Position numbers and translations under genes: made by a program
IMG/VR virus record: IMGVR_UViG_3300024344_002536
Coordinates: 1-36,068 of that record
Strand: one strand, 5' to 3'
Length of the DNA: 36,068 nucleotides
Source: a virus
Taxonomy: Duplodnaviria > Caudoviricetes
Shown: piece by piece, positions 34,968 to 36,068 of the stretch
How positions within the stretch are numbered: position 1 is the stretch's first letter
Layout: each line of letters begins with the position of its first letter
The notes under the pieces: model-generated
Seen by the model: the letters and a program-made list of their open reading frames with translations, nothing else
The model's database searches: none
What the model was told of the DNA's origin: nothing

Positions 34968-35936
34968 ATGACAGACCTTTTAGAATTTGTTTCTCAATCA
35001 TTAGGCGACAACATAGCTTGGTCGCCTTATTGCTATGAATATTCTAAACTGACTGGCAGAAAAGTAGTAGTTAAAACTAGGTGGGCTGAATTATTTGATG
35101 ATATAGAAGACAAAGTAAAATTTTACCCCTGCCAAACTATACACCAGTTTCATGTCACAAAGGAATCACACCCCAATGGACTTCCAGAAGTTTTAGGCAA
35201 AGGTACGGACGGAGAGTTTAATATAGATTGGAGATCGCAAATAGTTAAATCTGGAATGGGTCAGATAGATAACTTAAAAAAAATAAATTTTCATCTAAAC
35301 CGCAATGTCAATATACAAAAACAAATATGCGATCAATTACACCTACCATTCAAACAAATAATACCAACTATATCAACCAAAGGTACAGAGGATTACAAAA
35401 CCCCTAGGTCTAAATATGTCTGCATATCTGTTCAAAGCACCAGTAAATGCAAGCTATGGACTCAGTCCGGTTGGGATAAAGTAGTTAGGTTCCTTAAAAC
35501 AAAAGGATATAAAGTTTTATGTATTGATAAAGACGAGTCTTGGGGAGGAATAAATGATTGGAACCTTATACCTAAGAAAGCTATCAATGAGACAGGCTCT
35601 TTCCCACTTCAGAAAAGAATCAAGCAAATAATGGACTGCGACTTCTTTATTGGCTTGAGTTCTGGATTGAGTTGGTTAGCTTGGGCATTGGGTAAAAAAG
35701 TTGTTATGATTAGTGGTTCTACTCATAAAGTAAATGAGTTTGACTGTTTCAGAGTTCAGAACGAGTCAGTCTGCCATGGTTGCCTAAATGATGAAGACTT
35801 AAATTCTTTTGAAGAAATACAGTATAATTGGGCGTACTGTCCAAGAGGCAATAAGCATGAATGCAGAACTAAAATCTCGTTTGATATAGTCAAAGAACAA
35901 ATAATAAAATGTATAAATATAAAAAGGCAGGGGTAG
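34968..35936 (+). CDS. autotransporter heptosyltransferase-like (TibC/Aah, GT9-related) glycosyltransferase
   Basis: SQSLGDNIAW, YVCISVQST..CK.W, FFIGLSSGLSWLAWALG..VVMISG, VCHGC, YCPR...HEC. Confidence 0.8.
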   Translation: MTDLLEFVSQSLGDNIAWSPYCYEYSKLTGRKVVVKTRWAELFDDIEDKVKFYPCQTIHQFHVTKESHPNGLPEVLGKGTDGEFNIDWRSQIVKSGMGQIDNLKKINFHLNRNVNIQKQICDQLHLPFKQIIPTISTKGTEDYKTPRSKYVCISVQSTSKCKLWTQSGWDKVVRFLKTKGYKVLCIDKDESWGGINDWNLIPKKAINETGSFPLQKRIKQIMDCDFFIGLSSGLSWLAWALGKKVVMISGSTHKVNEFDCFRVQNESVCHGCLNDEDLNSFEEIQYNWAYCPRGNKHECRTKISFDIVKEQIIKCINIKRQG

Positions 35937-36068
35937 ACATAGCTAAAGCAGATAGGCTGACAGAAAGCATTTCTGGCTTAGTTGATAATATAGGGGGCTT
36001 CGCTGGTCTATATGACTTATGCGAAGAAAATTATCTAGTAGCATCTACTGATGGGGTTGGAACTAAAA
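35909..36068 (+). CDS. purM: 5' part of AIR synthetase (truncated by window edge; not in ORF track)
   Basis: Hand translation: MYKYKKAGVDIAKAD...IGGFAGLYDL...LVASTDGVGTK. Confidence 0.9.
   Translation, partial: MYKYKKAGVDIAKADRLTESISGLVDNIGGFAGLYDLCEENYLVASTDGVGTK

Noticed and set aside
1-36068. Stop-codon reassignment (alternative genetic code)
   Set aside because: TAA, TAG and TGA all end genes at expected positions and conserved proteins are full length in the standard code
1-36068. Cellular or eukaryotic giant-virus origin
   Set aside because: Single-strand packing, dispersed partial pathways and divergent replication genes argue against a cell; DnaE/DnaB/DnaG and sigma70-type promoters argue against an NCLDV. 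No virion genes are in the window, so phage origin remains an inference

Overview
AT-rich, densely packed region with all credible genes on the + strand and frequent start/stop overlaps. It is best read as part of a large (jumbo-type) dsDNA phage genome. Several envelope proteins resemble families typical of Verrucomicrobia/Planctomycetes, which suggests a PVC-superphylum host (inference). Content in order: a sugar-nucleotide block (gmd, GT-like protein, HAD-type phosphomannomutase); a replication/recombination block (recA, PD-(D/E)XK nucleases, dnaB, dnaG, and a Pol III alpha split into PHP, DEDDh exonuclease and DnaE core genes); a class I ribonucleotide reductase whose beta subunit has class Ic (tyrosyl-radical-less) residues; and a long accessory region (secreted proteins, thyX, purS, ppa, prepilin-type proteins, an orphan MbcA/ParS-type antitoxin domain, purT, tRNA-Arg(TCT), SET domain, HNH-like nuclease, 2OG-Fe(II) oxygenases, GNAT/PIG-L fusion, PseB/CapD-like dehydratase, heptosyltransferase, truncated purM). 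The most notable unexplained signals are: a ~200-nt structured RNA with its own promoter and a potential pseudoknot after recA; nine sigma70-type promoters sharing an invariant AG in the spacer; a sigma54-type promoter on a terminator-flanked two-gene cassette; a pilin-like cluster including a small prepilin with CxxCH; and two micro-ORFs missing from the ORF track. All family assignments are by visual motif recognition; no searches were run.
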